From NCBI GenBank assembly GCA_963729685.1, contig CAVSOX010000018.1, positions 273,944-337,943 of the forward strand: DNA of 64,000 nt, given 5' to 3'. The position numbers were made by a program, and so were the translations under genes. Source of the DNA: an uncultured delta proteobacterium (GTDB lineage Bacteria > Desulfobacterota > Syntrophorhabdia > Syntrophorhabdales > WCHB1-27). The notes beneath the pieces are model-generated. The model did not search any database and was not told where the DNA came from. It saw only the letters and a list, made by a program, of their open reading frames with translations. Positions 1-8,696 of this stretch are shown piece by piece. How positions within the stretch are numbered: the stretch's first letter is position 1; every line of letters starts with the position of its first letter.

Positions 1-309
1 CCGGTAATTCGTTTTCAGCGCCCTGGCGGCCTCGGTCAATCGATATCCCGTTTTGTTCCCCCGGTCCTTCTCGACCAGCTTGAAGCCGAGTGCCTTCTCC
101 GTCGTCTTTATCTTACCCCAGGCCGCCCTGTACGACATGCCCATCTCCTCTGCCGCCTTCCTCAGGGAGCCGCATTCCTCTATCTTGTCCAGAAGCTGGG
201 CGCGCCCCATGCCGAAGAGCACGCCTTCCGTCGTCTCCAGCCACAGGTTAAGCCTGATGTGCGGTTTCGGCTCAGCCTCGGTGCGGACCCCGTTCCCGCT
301 TGCCCCTAT
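1..309 (-). CDS. ModE-N-terminal-like winged-helix DNA-binding protein, partial (C-terminus beyond window start; start codon unresolved)
   Basis: Minus-strand frame, absent from the ORF track because it runs off the edge. It reads ..KPHIRLNLWLETTEGVLFGMGRAQLLDKIEECGSLRKAAEEMGMSYRAAWGKIKTTEKALGFKLVEKDRGNKTGYRLTEAARALKTNYR. GSL-x-AA-x-MGMSYR-AW is the HTH signature of ModE/LysR-like N-domains. No ATG/GTG lies just upstream of the conserved block (only ATA at 309 and TTG at 423). Confidence 0.6.
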   Translation of the reverse strand, partial: MGASGNGVRTEAEPKPHIRLNLWLETTEGVLFGMGRAQLLDKIEECGSLRKAAEEMGMSYRAAWGKIKTTEKALGFKLVEKDRGNKTGYRLTEAARALKTNYR

Positions 310-575
310 GAATCGATTCGTCAGCCAACCGAAGCTCCTGTGTGGTCCTTGCAGCTTTTGTCCGGCCCCCTTAGCTTGAACGCAGCCATGGTAGATTATA
401 ATACAAAAAGCAAGGTTATCCAAAGCAAAGGTTGGGTGGCGCCCTCACGGAAGATCGGGAAACTACCCAGGGGTTGTGGGAGTGCCCCGGCCGAAATGCG
501 GGATTCGGGAATTGGACCACGCGGTCCGCGGACGAGACGTTGACACCCGATCTAAAACCGCATAAAATAGGACGG

Positions 576-664
576 GCCGAAGTGGTGGAACAGGCAGACG
601 CGCCGGACTCAAAATCCGGTGGGGCTTACACCCCGTGGGGGTTCGATTCCCCCCTTCGGCACCA
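576..664 (+). tRNA. tRNA-Leu (anticodon CAA), class II with long variable arm, CCA encoded
   Basis: Acceptor GCCGAAG/CTTCGGC; anticodon stem CCGGA/TCCGG with 7-nt loop CTCAAAA (anticodon CAA); variable arm GGGGCTTACACCCC; T-arm GGGGG-TTCGATT-CCCCC; discriminator A plus CCA. Confidence 0.9.
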
Positions 665-723
665 ATGTTTTCAAGGCTTTTCAACATATTATCTCCTGAA
701 CATCCGGCGCGTTGTCCTCCTTT

Positions 724-743
724 TGTGATAAAATTGTGATAAA
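724..743 (+). repeat. 20-bp motif TGTGATAAAATTGTGATAAA (two TGTGATAAA half-sites 11 bp apart), copy 1
   Basis: Identical 20-mer recurs at 6072-6091. This copy lies 59 nt after the tRNA-Leu 3' end. Confidence 0.8.
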
Positions 744-954
744 CGGTTTAGACGTCCCTTACATTCGTTAATTCTCAAACATGATTTTCTCCTTTCATTA
801 CTCTTTACCATTTCTGAAAATCCACATGTTGAGGAGGAAGGAGGCGAGCATCGACAACTAATGTTTGCAGGTCTTGCATTGCCGAATTCCTGCCCCTCCT
901 TGATCTACCGCCCATATTTTATACTGATCAAATTTACAGCATACTATGACGAGG

Positions 955-1605
955 CTACGAACGAGAGCCCACATACGGATTGTTGGCTTTTTCCATACCT
1001 ATGGTGCTTTTCGGCGCGCCACCATAATTGTGGCCGGGAAGCACCACGGTCGAATCGGGTAGTGTAAAGAGCTTGTTGCGGATGGAGGAAACGAGCATTT
1101 CAGAGGAACCGCCTCCCAGGTCTGTTCTGCCGACACCTCCCACAAACAGCGTGTCGCCGGTGAAGACAAGACCGTGACCGTAAAGGCAGATGGCCCCGGG
1201 AGAGTGACCCGGGGTATGAATGACCGACAGGCTTACCTCTCCCACGGTTATCACGTCGCCTTCCTTTACGGTCTTGCCCGCAGGAGGAGAAGCTTTCGCT
1301 CCAAACATGTCCAGCATCTGCTGGGATTGGTGAGTAAGCGCATAGGCTTCATCCTCATGGATCACGATCGTCGCGTTGGTCAAATCCTGCATACGCTTGT
1401 TACCCAGTATATGGTCCACATGGGAATGAGTGTTGACAATGTACTTTATCTTCAGGCCCTTTTTGTTCGCCTCGTGGAGAATCCGATCCTCATCACCCGC
1501 GGGGTCTATCACGAGAGCTTCTTTTGTCTTCTCGCATCCCACGAGGTAGGCGTACACCGCCATCCGTCCCACTTCCATTTGCTTTACTATCACGTGCGCT
1601 CCCAT
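955..1605 (-). CDS. MBL-fold metallo-hydrolase (GloB/hydroxyacylglutathione hydrolase-like)
   Basis: 216-aa ORF; HSHVDHILG (HxHxDH) zinc motif, TPGHSPG, GDTLF; N-terminus VKQMEVGRMAVYAYLVG is typical of the family. Confidence 0.85.
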   Translation of the reverse strand: MGAHVIVKQMEVGRMAVYAYLVGCEKTKEALVIDPAGDEDRILHEANKKGLKIKYIVNTHSHVDHILGNKRMQDLTNATIVIHEDEAYALTHQSQQMLDMFGAKASPPAGKTVKEGDVITVGEVSLSVIHTPGHSPGAICLYGHGLVFTGDTLFVGGVGRTDLGGGSSEMLVSSIRNKLFTLPDSTVVLPGHNYGGAPKSTIGMEKANNPYVGSRS

Positions 1606-1846
1606 CTCAATTCAAGGTTACTATTTTTAGTATAGTTATGCAACCGCAGAGCGGCATTGCAGTTGCAGCCGTCAGCAGTCAGCTTTTTGGGATGGCTGTA
1701 GGTCTTTGGAGTCAAGCTCCGCCCGTAATGTCACGGGTCTTCAACAATTGCATCTACAAAAACCGGATCGAACGCACGGCCGTTGCACTACCTGCTCACC
1801 GCTTTTCAAACCGGGCGGTAGGTGGTTGTAACGACCTTCAATCTGC

Positions 1847-2335
1847 TCAGGTCTTCCTTAAATATGAGATCAGTCCGATGCAGTCCTTCGCGCCGAGGCG
1901 ACCGATTGCCATTGTGGCGTAGACGGCATCTTCTATCTTCCCATCTGGATTAAGCACAAACCCGCTCGGCTGGAGGTATCCCTTCTCGCCTTCATAGAAG
2001 CCGCCCGTTTTAAGGGATATCTCCCTCGCATTAAGGCCATATGCAAGCGGAAAGGAAATCTTGAGTTCGTCGGCCATTTTGCGGGTATCTTCTATGCTGT
2101 CCACGGACCCTGCTACCAGTCCTATATCCATCTTCCGGAATTCGTCGGCGGCGTTTGTGAAGTCAACCAACTGTTGACGGCAGATCGGTCACCAGTGACC
2201 GCGATAGATCAACACAATTCGCCAGCGTTTGCCTAAACCTTGAGGAACAAGCATCCTTTCGTCGTTGATCAGTCTGAAATCGAGGTTGGGAAAGGTGTCC
2301 CCCGTATCCAAAATCTTGACTGCTTCCCGCGTCAT
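1847..2335 (-). CDS. AhpC/TSA-family peroxiredoxin-like thiol oxidoreductase with in-frame UGA (selenocysteine) in a UxxC motif
   Basis: The ORF track gives only 1847..2170. The same frame stays open upstream to ATG 2335 (AGGAGG 7 nt upstream) except for one TGA at 2189-2191: ..RIVLIYRGHW-U-PICRQQLVDF.. This is the position of the first Cys in HWCPxC redoxins. Confidence 0.75.
2162..2178 (-). promoter_or_regulatory. SECIS-like hairpin downstream of the UGA
   Basis: On the mRNA: UGA + 10 nt + GUCAAC-AGUUG-GUUGAC (6-bp stem, GU-containing apical loop). Confidence 0.5.
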
Positions 2336-2454
2336 GTTCGCACCTCCTGGAATCCGATCTTGCAACCCTCTCTTTTAATCTAAGTCTGCAAACTCTCACT
2401 GTCATAGATAGTGGACGTAGAGTATACTATTCTGCCGGGGTCGGGGCACACCGA

Positions 2455-4632
2455 GTGATTATTGGAAGCATAAGAAGCATGATAGACGAAAAGCACATTG
2501 CAAAGATCGCCGGCGGGCTCGGCCTGAACGCACACCAGGTGAAGGCCGCCGCCGCACTTCTCGACACAGGTGCGACGATACCGTTTATCTCGCGATACCG
2601 AAAGGAGGCCACGGGGTCTCTCGATGAGGTGGCTGTTGCCGGGATCAGGGACAGGTTAGAGGCCCTTCGGGAACTCGATAAACGGCGGGAGAGCATCCTC
2701 AAGAGTCTGGAAGAGACAGGGAAACTGACTGATGAATTGAGACAGAAGGTCCTTGCCGCGGAGACACTCGCGGTCCTGGAAGACATTTATCTCCCCTACC
2801 GACCCAAGCGGCGTACCAGGGCTATGATGGCCAGGGAAAAGGGCCTGGAGCCGCTGGCCGAGAGAATCCTCACGCAGGGTGCGTTCAGCGTGACCGATGA
2901 GGCGCAGCTTTACGTGAATGAAGAAAAAGGTGTCGCCTCGCTGGAAGAGGCCCTGGCCGGCGCGCGCGACATAATCGCCGAGTGGGTTAACGAGAACGAA
3001 AGGGCCAGGACCGGGATGCGCACGCTTTTCGCATCCAAGGCAATGTTGCGGTCGAAGGTGGTTTCCGGAAAGGAAGAGGAGGCGGCGAAGTTCCGGGACT
3101 ATTTCGATTGGAGCGAGCCGGCGGCAAAGGCTCCTTCCCACAGGGTCCTGGCCATCAGGCGCGGAGAGAGCGAGGGAATGCTGTTCTTTCGCCTGCTGCC
3201 GCCGGAGGAGGAGGCCCTTGCCATCCTTGAACGCCTTTTCCTGAAGGGCGATAATGAGGCGACACAGCAGGTCAAAGCCGCGGTCCATGACGGCTACAAG
3301 AGACTCCTCTCATTTTCCATGGAGACGGAAACACGCCTGGAGGCGAAGAAGCGGGCCGATGAGGAGGCAATCAGGGTTTTCCATGAGAACCTGAGGCAAC
3401 TGCTCCTGGCGCCTCCTCTCGGGCAGAGGCGTGTTATGGCCATCGACCCGGGGTTTCGCACAGGGTGTAAGGTTGTCTGCCTCGACGGGCAGGGAAGGCT
3501 CCTCCATGCCGAGACTATCTACCCGCATACTACGTCACCCGAAGGGGCTCGGGCTGCGGGGGAAAAAGTCCGGGAGCAATGCCGGCAATTCGGCACCGAG
3601 GCGATTGCGATCGGAAACGGTACGGCAGGCAGGGAGACCGAGATATTTATCAGGAGGCTCTCCCTGCCGCGAGAGATCCAGGTGGTCATGGTAAATGAAA
3701 GCGGCGCCTCCGTATATTCCGCATCGGAGGCGGCGAGAGAAGAGTTCCCGGACCAGGATGTAACTGTACGCGGGGCTGTGTCGATAGGCCGGCGTCTCAT
3801 CGACCCCCTTGCAGAGCTGGTGAAGATCGACCCCAAATCGATAGGCGTCGGTCAGTACCAGCACGATGTGGACCGGAAAATGCTCAAGAAGAGCCTGGAC
3901 GATGCGGTGGAAAGCTGTGTCAACGGTGTTGGGGTGGAAGTGAACACCGCAAGCAAACAGCTCCTCGGCTACGTTTCCGGCCTGGGGCCGCAACTGGCGG
4001 CAAACGTTGTCTCTCACAGAAACGAGCACGGCCCTTTCAGGACAAGAGCCGAGCTGAAAAAGGTAGCCAAGCTCGGCCCCAGGGCCTTCGAGCAGGCTGC
4101 CGGGTTCCTCAGGATCAGGGACGGCGCGCACCCTCTGGACCGGACTGCCGTGCATCCTGAAAGCTATCACGCCGTCGCAGCTATGGCAGCCGACCTGAAG
4201 GTGACCATCGATGACCTTATCGAGAATGGGGAGCTTCGCTCCCGCATAGACCTGAAGAGGTACATCACGGAGAAGACGGGGTTGCCCACGCTGCAGGACA
4301 TCCTCTCGGAACTGGCAAAACCGGGCAGGGACCCGCGCGAGACGTTCGAGGCCGTCAGCTTCGCCGAAGGGGTGGAGAAGATAGAGGATGTGAGACAGGG
4401 CATGCAGCTTCCCGGCATAGTTACCAACGTCACCGGATTCGGCGCCTTTGTTGATATCGGTGTGCATCAGGACGGCCTCGTTCACGTCAGTGAGCTCTCG
4501 GACCGCTATGTGAAGAATCCTGCTGATGTGGTAAAGGTGCGCCAGACGGTCATGGTGACGATACTCGACGTGGACGTCAAGAGAAGGAGAATCGCCCTCT
4601 CCATGAAGAAGAGACCGCAGCACAAGGGATAG
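2455..4632 (+). CDS. tex: Tex transcription accessory protein (S1 RNA-binding domain protein)
   Basis: 725-aa ORF; N-terminus ..LDTGATIPFISRYRKEATG; YqgF/HhH regions; C-terminal S1 domain GIVTNVTGFGAFVDIGVHQDGLVHVSEL. The likely true start is ATG 2479 (in frame, 8 codons in). Confidence 0.93.
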   Translation: MIIGSIRSMIDEKHIAKIAGGLGLNAHQVKAAAALLDTGATIPFISRYRKEATGSLDEVAVAGIRDRLEALRELDKRRESILKSLEETGKLTDELRQKVLAAETLAVLEDIYLPYRPKRRTRAMMAREKGLEPLAERILTQGAFSVTDEAQLYVNEEKGVASLEEALAGARDIIAEWVNENERARTGMRTLFASKAMLRSKVVSGKEEEAAKFRDYFDWSEPAAKAPSHRVLAIRRGESEGMLFFRLLPPEEEALAILERLFLKGDNEATQQVKAAVHDGYKRLLSFSMETETRLEAKKRADEEAIRVFHENLRQLLLAPPLGQRRVMAIDPGFRTGCKVVCLDGQGRLLHAETIYPHTTSPEGARAAGEKVREQCRQFGTEAIAIGNGTAGRETEIFIRRLSLPREIQVVMVNESGASVYSASEAAREEFPDQDVTVRGAVSIGRRLIDPLAELVKIDPKSIGVGQYQHDVDRKMLKKSLDDAVESCVNGVGVEVNTASKQLLGYVSGLGPQLAANVVSHRNEHGPFRTRAELKKVAKLGPRAFEQAAGFLRIRDGAHPLDRTAVHPESYHAVAAMAADLKVTIDDLIENGELRSRIDLKRYITEKTGLPTLQDILSELAKPGRDPRETFEAVSFAEGVEKIEDVRQGMQLPGIVTNVTGFGAFVDIGVHQDGLVHVSELSDRYVKNPADVVKVRQTVMVTILDVDVKRRRIALSMKKRPQHKG

Positions 4633-4661
4633 GGCCTGGTATTTTTCCCTATGACCGGCAG

Positions 4662-4687
4662 AAAAAAGGCGGGCCGAAAGGCCCGCC
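4662..4687 (-). terminator. Rho-independent terminator of hup (may also serve tex)
   Basis: GGCGGGCC-GAAA-GGCCCGCC stem-loop flanked by A6 on the plus strand (T6 on the minus strand), 13 nt past the hup stop. Confidence 0.75.
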
Positions 4688-4699
4688 CGGCATATTGCC

Positions 4700-5032
4700 T
4701 TATTTCTTTTTGGGTTTCACCGCTGCTTTTTTTGCTTTCGGCTTCGCAGGGGCCGCCTTGCCGGTGGCTGCTGCTTTTAAGGCCGCTCCCGCGGAAAATT
4801 TGGGAACCTTCCTCGCGGCTATCTTGATCTCTTTACCGGTACGGGGGTTTCTTCCGGTTCTGGCCTTCCTCGCGGCAACAGAGAATGTTCCAAAACCTGT
4901 AAGAGCCACTCTGCCGCCCTCTTTTATTGCCTGTGCAATGGAGCCCGTAACCACAGCCAGCGCCTTTGCCGCGGCTGCTTTGGAAACCTTAATTTCTTCT
5001 GCTACCTTTGCGATAATGTCTGCCTTAGTCAT
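4700..5032 (-). CDS. hup: HU-family DNA-binding protein with Ala/Lys/Pro-rich C-terminal tail
   Basis: MTKADIIAKVAE..GFGTFSVAARKARTGRNPRTGKEIKIAARKVPKFSAG (HU fold), then ..AATGKAAPAKPKAKKAAVKPKKK. Confidence 0.9.
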   Translation of the reverse strand: MTKADIIAKVAEEIKVSKAAAAKALAVVTGSIAQAIKEGGRVALTGFGTFSVAARKARTGRNPRTGKEIKIAARKVPKFSAGAALKAAATGKAAPAKPKAKKAAVKPKKK

Positions 5033-5379
5033 TCTTGGTACCTCCTTTTCGTATGTGTAGGTATTTCTACGATATCAAGCAAATATCCTGTACCTGTTGC
5101 ATGAACCCCTTTACAGACAAGCATCTACAGGAAGTATGTCCTTAATTCCTTTATAAATCAAGGACTTTCTTTATTTCATAAAAAAGATACTATTTTTAAT
5201 CCGTTGAAGAAGTCAGAGGAGACGGAACGAATCTGCGATCTATTCACTACAGATGAAAGCATGAATGGCTTATGAGTAAGGTAAAAAGGGTGTTTCAGGA
5301 AGCTGTCCGCACTTTTTACACACCCACCTATATGTGCCTTCTGCTTGGCCTGCTCGTGTACTCCTCTTCGGTAATTGCC

Positions 5380-5535
5380 CTATTCTTGTATACCTTTGTG
5401 AGGTTCTCCAACTGGCTTCCCAGGGTCGGGGTAAACCGGGGGTGTATCACTCCTGCATCCCACACCACTGCATGCGGCAAGGCTCAAGCCAAACACCAGT
5501 ATTAGACCGAGTGCGCATAGTCTCAGAAAGGTCAT
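5380..5535 (-). CDS. small putative lipoprotein (51 aa)
   Basis: Below the ORF-track size cut-off. GGAGGAG SD, then ATG 5535: MTFLRLCALGLILVFGLSLAAC.. (signal peptide plus lipobox L-A-A-C); stop TAG at 5380. Confidence 0.5.
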   Translation of the reverse strand: MTFLRLCALGLILVFGLSLAACSGVGCRSDTPPVYPDPGKPVGEPHKGIQE

Positions 5536-6071
5536 GTGTCACTCCTCCCGCGAATTAATGAATTTCTGTTCATTATAATAGTAGAATCGGGACCCCGGCA
5601 ACAACAAGAGGCGGTCGCATAGATGATGATCGCATTCTGACCTCTCTATGGGCTCTGTTTGTTCTTCTCTCAAGCACGCAGGACACTCTCTCCCGTCGGC
5701 TGGTTTACGGGGCATGTATAATGCCTGATATTTCCCTTATCAGATGTGGAATCAAATATTCAAGGAGGAAGAAGAACATGAAGAAAGTCTATTCGGCAAC
5801 CTTACAGAGATACTTCAGTATTTGAAGGTGAAACTGAATTATTTTTGACTGTGGAAAGTGCCTTGCGATAATGTTGTTGCCTTTTCAAGTACCCTTGCTC
5901 GATGCCTGTCAGCCTCCTTCCCTCTTCCCTGTCCATCCTGTGCAACTCGGTATGAAGCCTATTGACGCACAGGTCGCACGTACAGGCGATTTCTTGCAGC
6001 TCTTCCATTGCGGACCTGAACTGAATGGGTATCTTTATGTATGTAGGGCAAGGACTGTATGGACTCCGGCA

Positions 6072-6091
6072 TGTGATAAAATTGTGATAAA
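6072..6091 (+). repeat. 20-bp motif TGTGATAAAATTGTGATAAA, copy 2
   Basis: Identical to 724-743. This copy lies 83 nt upstream of the tRNA-Leu 3'-half copy. Confidence 0.8.
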
Positions 6092-6174
6092 AAAGAATAG
6101 AATAGATGGAATAGGCGGAATAGAATGGACTATAATCAGACCTAATATCAAGGCCTTCACTTGTTAGCCCAAAT

Positions 6175-6233
6175 CGGACTCAAAATCCGGTGGGGCTTAC
6201 ACCCCGTGCGGGTTCGATTCCCGCCTTCGGCAC
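6175..6233 (+). repeat. Direct repeat of the 3' 59 nt of tRNA-Leu(CAA) (att-like tRNA fragment, not a complete gene)
   Basis: Matches positions 604-662 (anticodon arm to acceptor 3' strand) with 2 differences. Those differences are a compensatory pair in the T-stem (GCGGG/CCCGC versus GGGGG/CCCCC). There is no 5' half upstream. Confidence 0.85.
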
Positions 6234-6364
6234 ATAAACGCCTGAATCCTTACCTTTGTTGATCCCCTTGTTCTATCTTTTTTTAGTTCCCGATGTCCTT
6301 GACATCAACATGGCTAAAGTGTATATGTTAGCTAATATAGTCACTTACAACAGGAGTCAATGAT

Positions 6365-6625
6365 ATGAAAGAAGCGGCTGCAACCGATGTGAAAAACAGG
6401 TTCGGGCAGATGCTCGAAGCGGTGCTGACGGAGCCTATAGCAATAGAGAAGAAAGGCCGGCCCGTCGCCGTTATGATGTCGATTGCCGAATACGAGCGCC
6501 TTGTGGAGATCGAGGACCGTTACTGGGGCGAAAAGGCCCTGAAAGCCATCGAGGAAGGCTTTGTGAGCGACAGCAAGGCGAAGACGCTGTTAGAGGGGAA
6601 GCTTGGCACTGAAACTGCTCGTTAG
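6365..6625 (+). CDS. Type II antitoxin, Phd/YefM family
   Basis: 86 aa; ..DVKNRFGQMLEAVLTEPIAIEKKGRPVAVMMSIAEYERL..; overlaps the downstream toxin gene by 23 nt. Confidence 0.85.
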   Translation: MKEAAATDVKNRFGQMLEAVLTEPIAIEKKGRPVAVMMSIAEYERLVEIEDRYWGEKALKAIEEGFVSDSKAKTLLEGKLGTETAR

Positions 6626-6863
6626 CAAACGGGCCTACACGTTTCTGGACAACCTGCCGCCGAAGCAATTCAGACAGGTACTCAGGAAAGTGCTTGCCCT
6701 GCTCGAAGACCCCCGGCCCCACGACACGGAACAATTGAAGGGGTACCCGTTCCTGAGAAACGATGTCGGCGAATACAGGATCGTCTACGACCTCCAAGGC
6801 GATACCCTCAGATTGATTCTTGTCGGCAAGCGGAACGACGATGAGATATATAAACGGTTATGA
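6603..6863 (+). CDS. Type II toxin, RelE/ParE family
   Basis: 86 aa, TTG start; ..FRQVLRKVLALLEDPRPHDTEQLKGYPFLRNDVGEYRIVYDLQGDTLRLILVGKRNDDEIY, a typical RelE/StbE core. Confidence 0.85.
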   Translation: MALKLLVSKRAYTFLDNLPPKQFRQVLRKVLALLEDPRPHDTEQLKGYPFLRNDVGEYRIVYDLQGDTLRLILVGKRNDDEIYKRL

Positions 6864-7104
6864 TAGAGATGAACACCGGAATGACCACTATTTCCGGAAC
6901 CAAACTTCGGCGCCGCGTTGGTCACTTCACCTGTGCTCGCCCCCGGCCTTTCAAGCCGGTCAAAGAATGCCCTCTGAAAGGTGCAAAAACCCAACAGTAG
7001 ACAAAACGTATTGTGGTGCCTCATCATAGAGACGGAGTTGAAACCGAGTTGATTGTGAGTGGGCGGCGGTTAAGGGCGGGAGTTCGCCCAAATGCCTCCA
7101 GACC

Positions 7105-7932
7105 TCATTTGTGGCACCAAATCTTCACCGCAGAGATTACTAATATCGCCGCGAGGAGGGGAAGAAGCACGGGGGTAGGAATAATACCGAGCAGACGCCC
7201 CCCCACATATGCGCCACCCAAAGAACCCACGGCCATGGTCACTATGAACCGTCGTCCCGTGCGGATCACCGCAAAACTGCTGTCCCGACTGTAGCGCGTA
7301 AAGGCGGTGATCATAGTGGGTAGGCTCACAGCCAGCGAGATACTGCCCGCAAGCTTCAAGTCTGTACCAAACAACAACATGACCGTCGGGATAAGCAACT
7401 CCCCGCCTGCAACGCCCAATAATGCCGCGACCACGCCGATACCTACTCCGGCGCCCACGCCAACCAATGTTAATAACCAGCCATGAAACAATGGTGCACT
7501 CCCCGCGCTCAAGCCGTGTCCCCATAGGAGAACGGCCGCGATGCCGATCAGGAGAACGGCGATAACCCGGTAGAGTCTTTGAGACCTGAGCCGTATAGCC
7601 CAGGTCGCGCCCAACCATGCTCCAATGAGACTGCCCGACAAGAGGGTGACAAGCACATCATAGCGTTGTAGCACGCTTGAGAAGGGGACGGTGGCGGCAC
7701 GAAAAGGAAGGGCAGAGGCTACAACAACCAGACTCATGGCCTTGTTGAGCATCACCGCTTCGAGTGCTCCGAAACCAAAGACCCCTATAAGCAATGGAAG
7801 GCGAAACTCAGCCCCTCCGAGACCGATGAGGCCACCGAGGATTCCTATGACGGCGCCACTGCTAAATACGGCTAAAGGGCTACGGTGGGCCCTTTTACCT
7901 TGGTTTTTTGATGGACTCCGGCGTGAGGACAC
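7105..7932 (-). CDS. TSUP-family (TauE/SafE) membrane permease
   Basis: 275 aa, multi-TM; repeated GGLIGLGGAEFRLPLL / LLGVAGGELLIPT motifs; GTG start preceded by AGGAGA. Confidence 0.85.
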   Translation of the reverse strand: MSSRRSPSKNQGKRAHRSPLAVFSSGAVIGILGGLIGLGGAEFRLPLLIGVFGFGALEAVMLNKAMSLVVVASALPFRAATVPFSSVLQRYDVLVTLLSGSLIGAWLGATWAIRLRSQRLYRVIAVLLIGIAAVLLWGHGLSAGSAPLFHGWLLTLVGVGAGVGIGVVAALLGVAGGELLIPTVMLLFGTDLKLAGSISLAVSLPTMITAFTRYSRDSSFAVIRTGRRFIVTMAVGSLGGAYVGGRLLGIIPTPVLLPLLAAILVISAVKIWCHK

Positions 7933-8231
7933 CTACTCTCCTGTCCTGACCCCGAAGTAGGATAATTTGTACTTCATTAACGATACCTCCGGGCAGTTCT
8001 CCACTTCGTTATTTACATTACCATACAGCCAGGGGAAGATCACACAGTAAAAAAACACGAAGACAGGGGGTCGCGAACTATTTAGCCCTATTGTCAGAGC
8101 ACGCAAGGGCCGGATGGATCTTTTTTCTCTATATTCCATTATGAGACATACCGCAGGATTGCCACGTGAAGCATTGTGCTTCCGCAGCCAACACCCAAAT
8201 CACCACTACAGGAAGCAGTTCAGAACCCCTC

Positions 8232-8696
8232 TTACCGCCGCCGTTGCACGGAATGCTGGCCTCTGCTCCCTCCTCGCTGAGCATTTTGGGGCCTCTTCCG
8301 TAGGTCATAATGCCCGTACGTCACCGCCCCGACCAGCGGGTTATTAATATACGTCACTTCGTAAGTCTTGCACTCTTCTGGAATATTCAGCCGCGCCAGG
8401 ATCGCGCCGACACTCTCCGCCCTGGTTTCCTCCGGCCGATACAAGCCCTGAGAGGTAAAGAACCGCCTGTGGCCCGTTAACTCTTCGCCCGAGAAGTCCT
8501 TTACCATGTACCGGGCCATATAGCTGCCGGGGTTTTCGTAGGACTCCATGGCCTCGGTAGACACGGTCCCATGGCCCCACGTCTCGACCAGCTCCTTTTG
8601 GGGCACGTAGGGCAGACCGAAGATGGCCACATGGTAATGCCATACCTTCACGCCGTACTTCTCGCGCCGTACCCACTGGACTTGTGGAATCCTCAC
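8232..8696 (-). pseudogene. Truncated HUH-superfamily rolling-circle replication initiator (ssDNA phage/plasmid Rep remnant)
   Basis: WHYHVAIFG (HUH motif) and, 40 aa later, GSYMARYMVKD (compare phiX174 gpA YVAKYVNK, the YxxKY catalytic Tyr motif). The frame opens only 15 codons upstream of the GTG, so motif I is missing. Confidence 0.6.

Noticed and set aside
576-664. First impression of a tRNA-Sec, because the anticodon region contains ACTCAAAAT (TCA) and the variable arm is long
   Set aside because: With the 5-bp stem CCGGA/TCCGG the 7-nt loop is CTCAAAA, giving anticodon CAA. The 7-bp acceptor stem and overall class II layout fit tRNA-Leu, not the 8/5 or 9/4 architecture of tRNA-Sec.
3535-4623. 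362-aa minus-strand ORF
   Set aside because: It lies entirely antisense to the well-supported tex gene and has no recognisable domains or RBS.
5802-6167. ORFs 5802..6008 (minus, 68 aa, CTCDLC motif) and 5871..6167 (plus, 98 aa) as a candidate excisionase or integrase remnant at the islet edge
   Set aside because: There is no RBS, no similarity I can recognise to Xis or tyrosine/serine recombinase motifs, and the two ORFs overlap each other. There is not enough evidence to call either.
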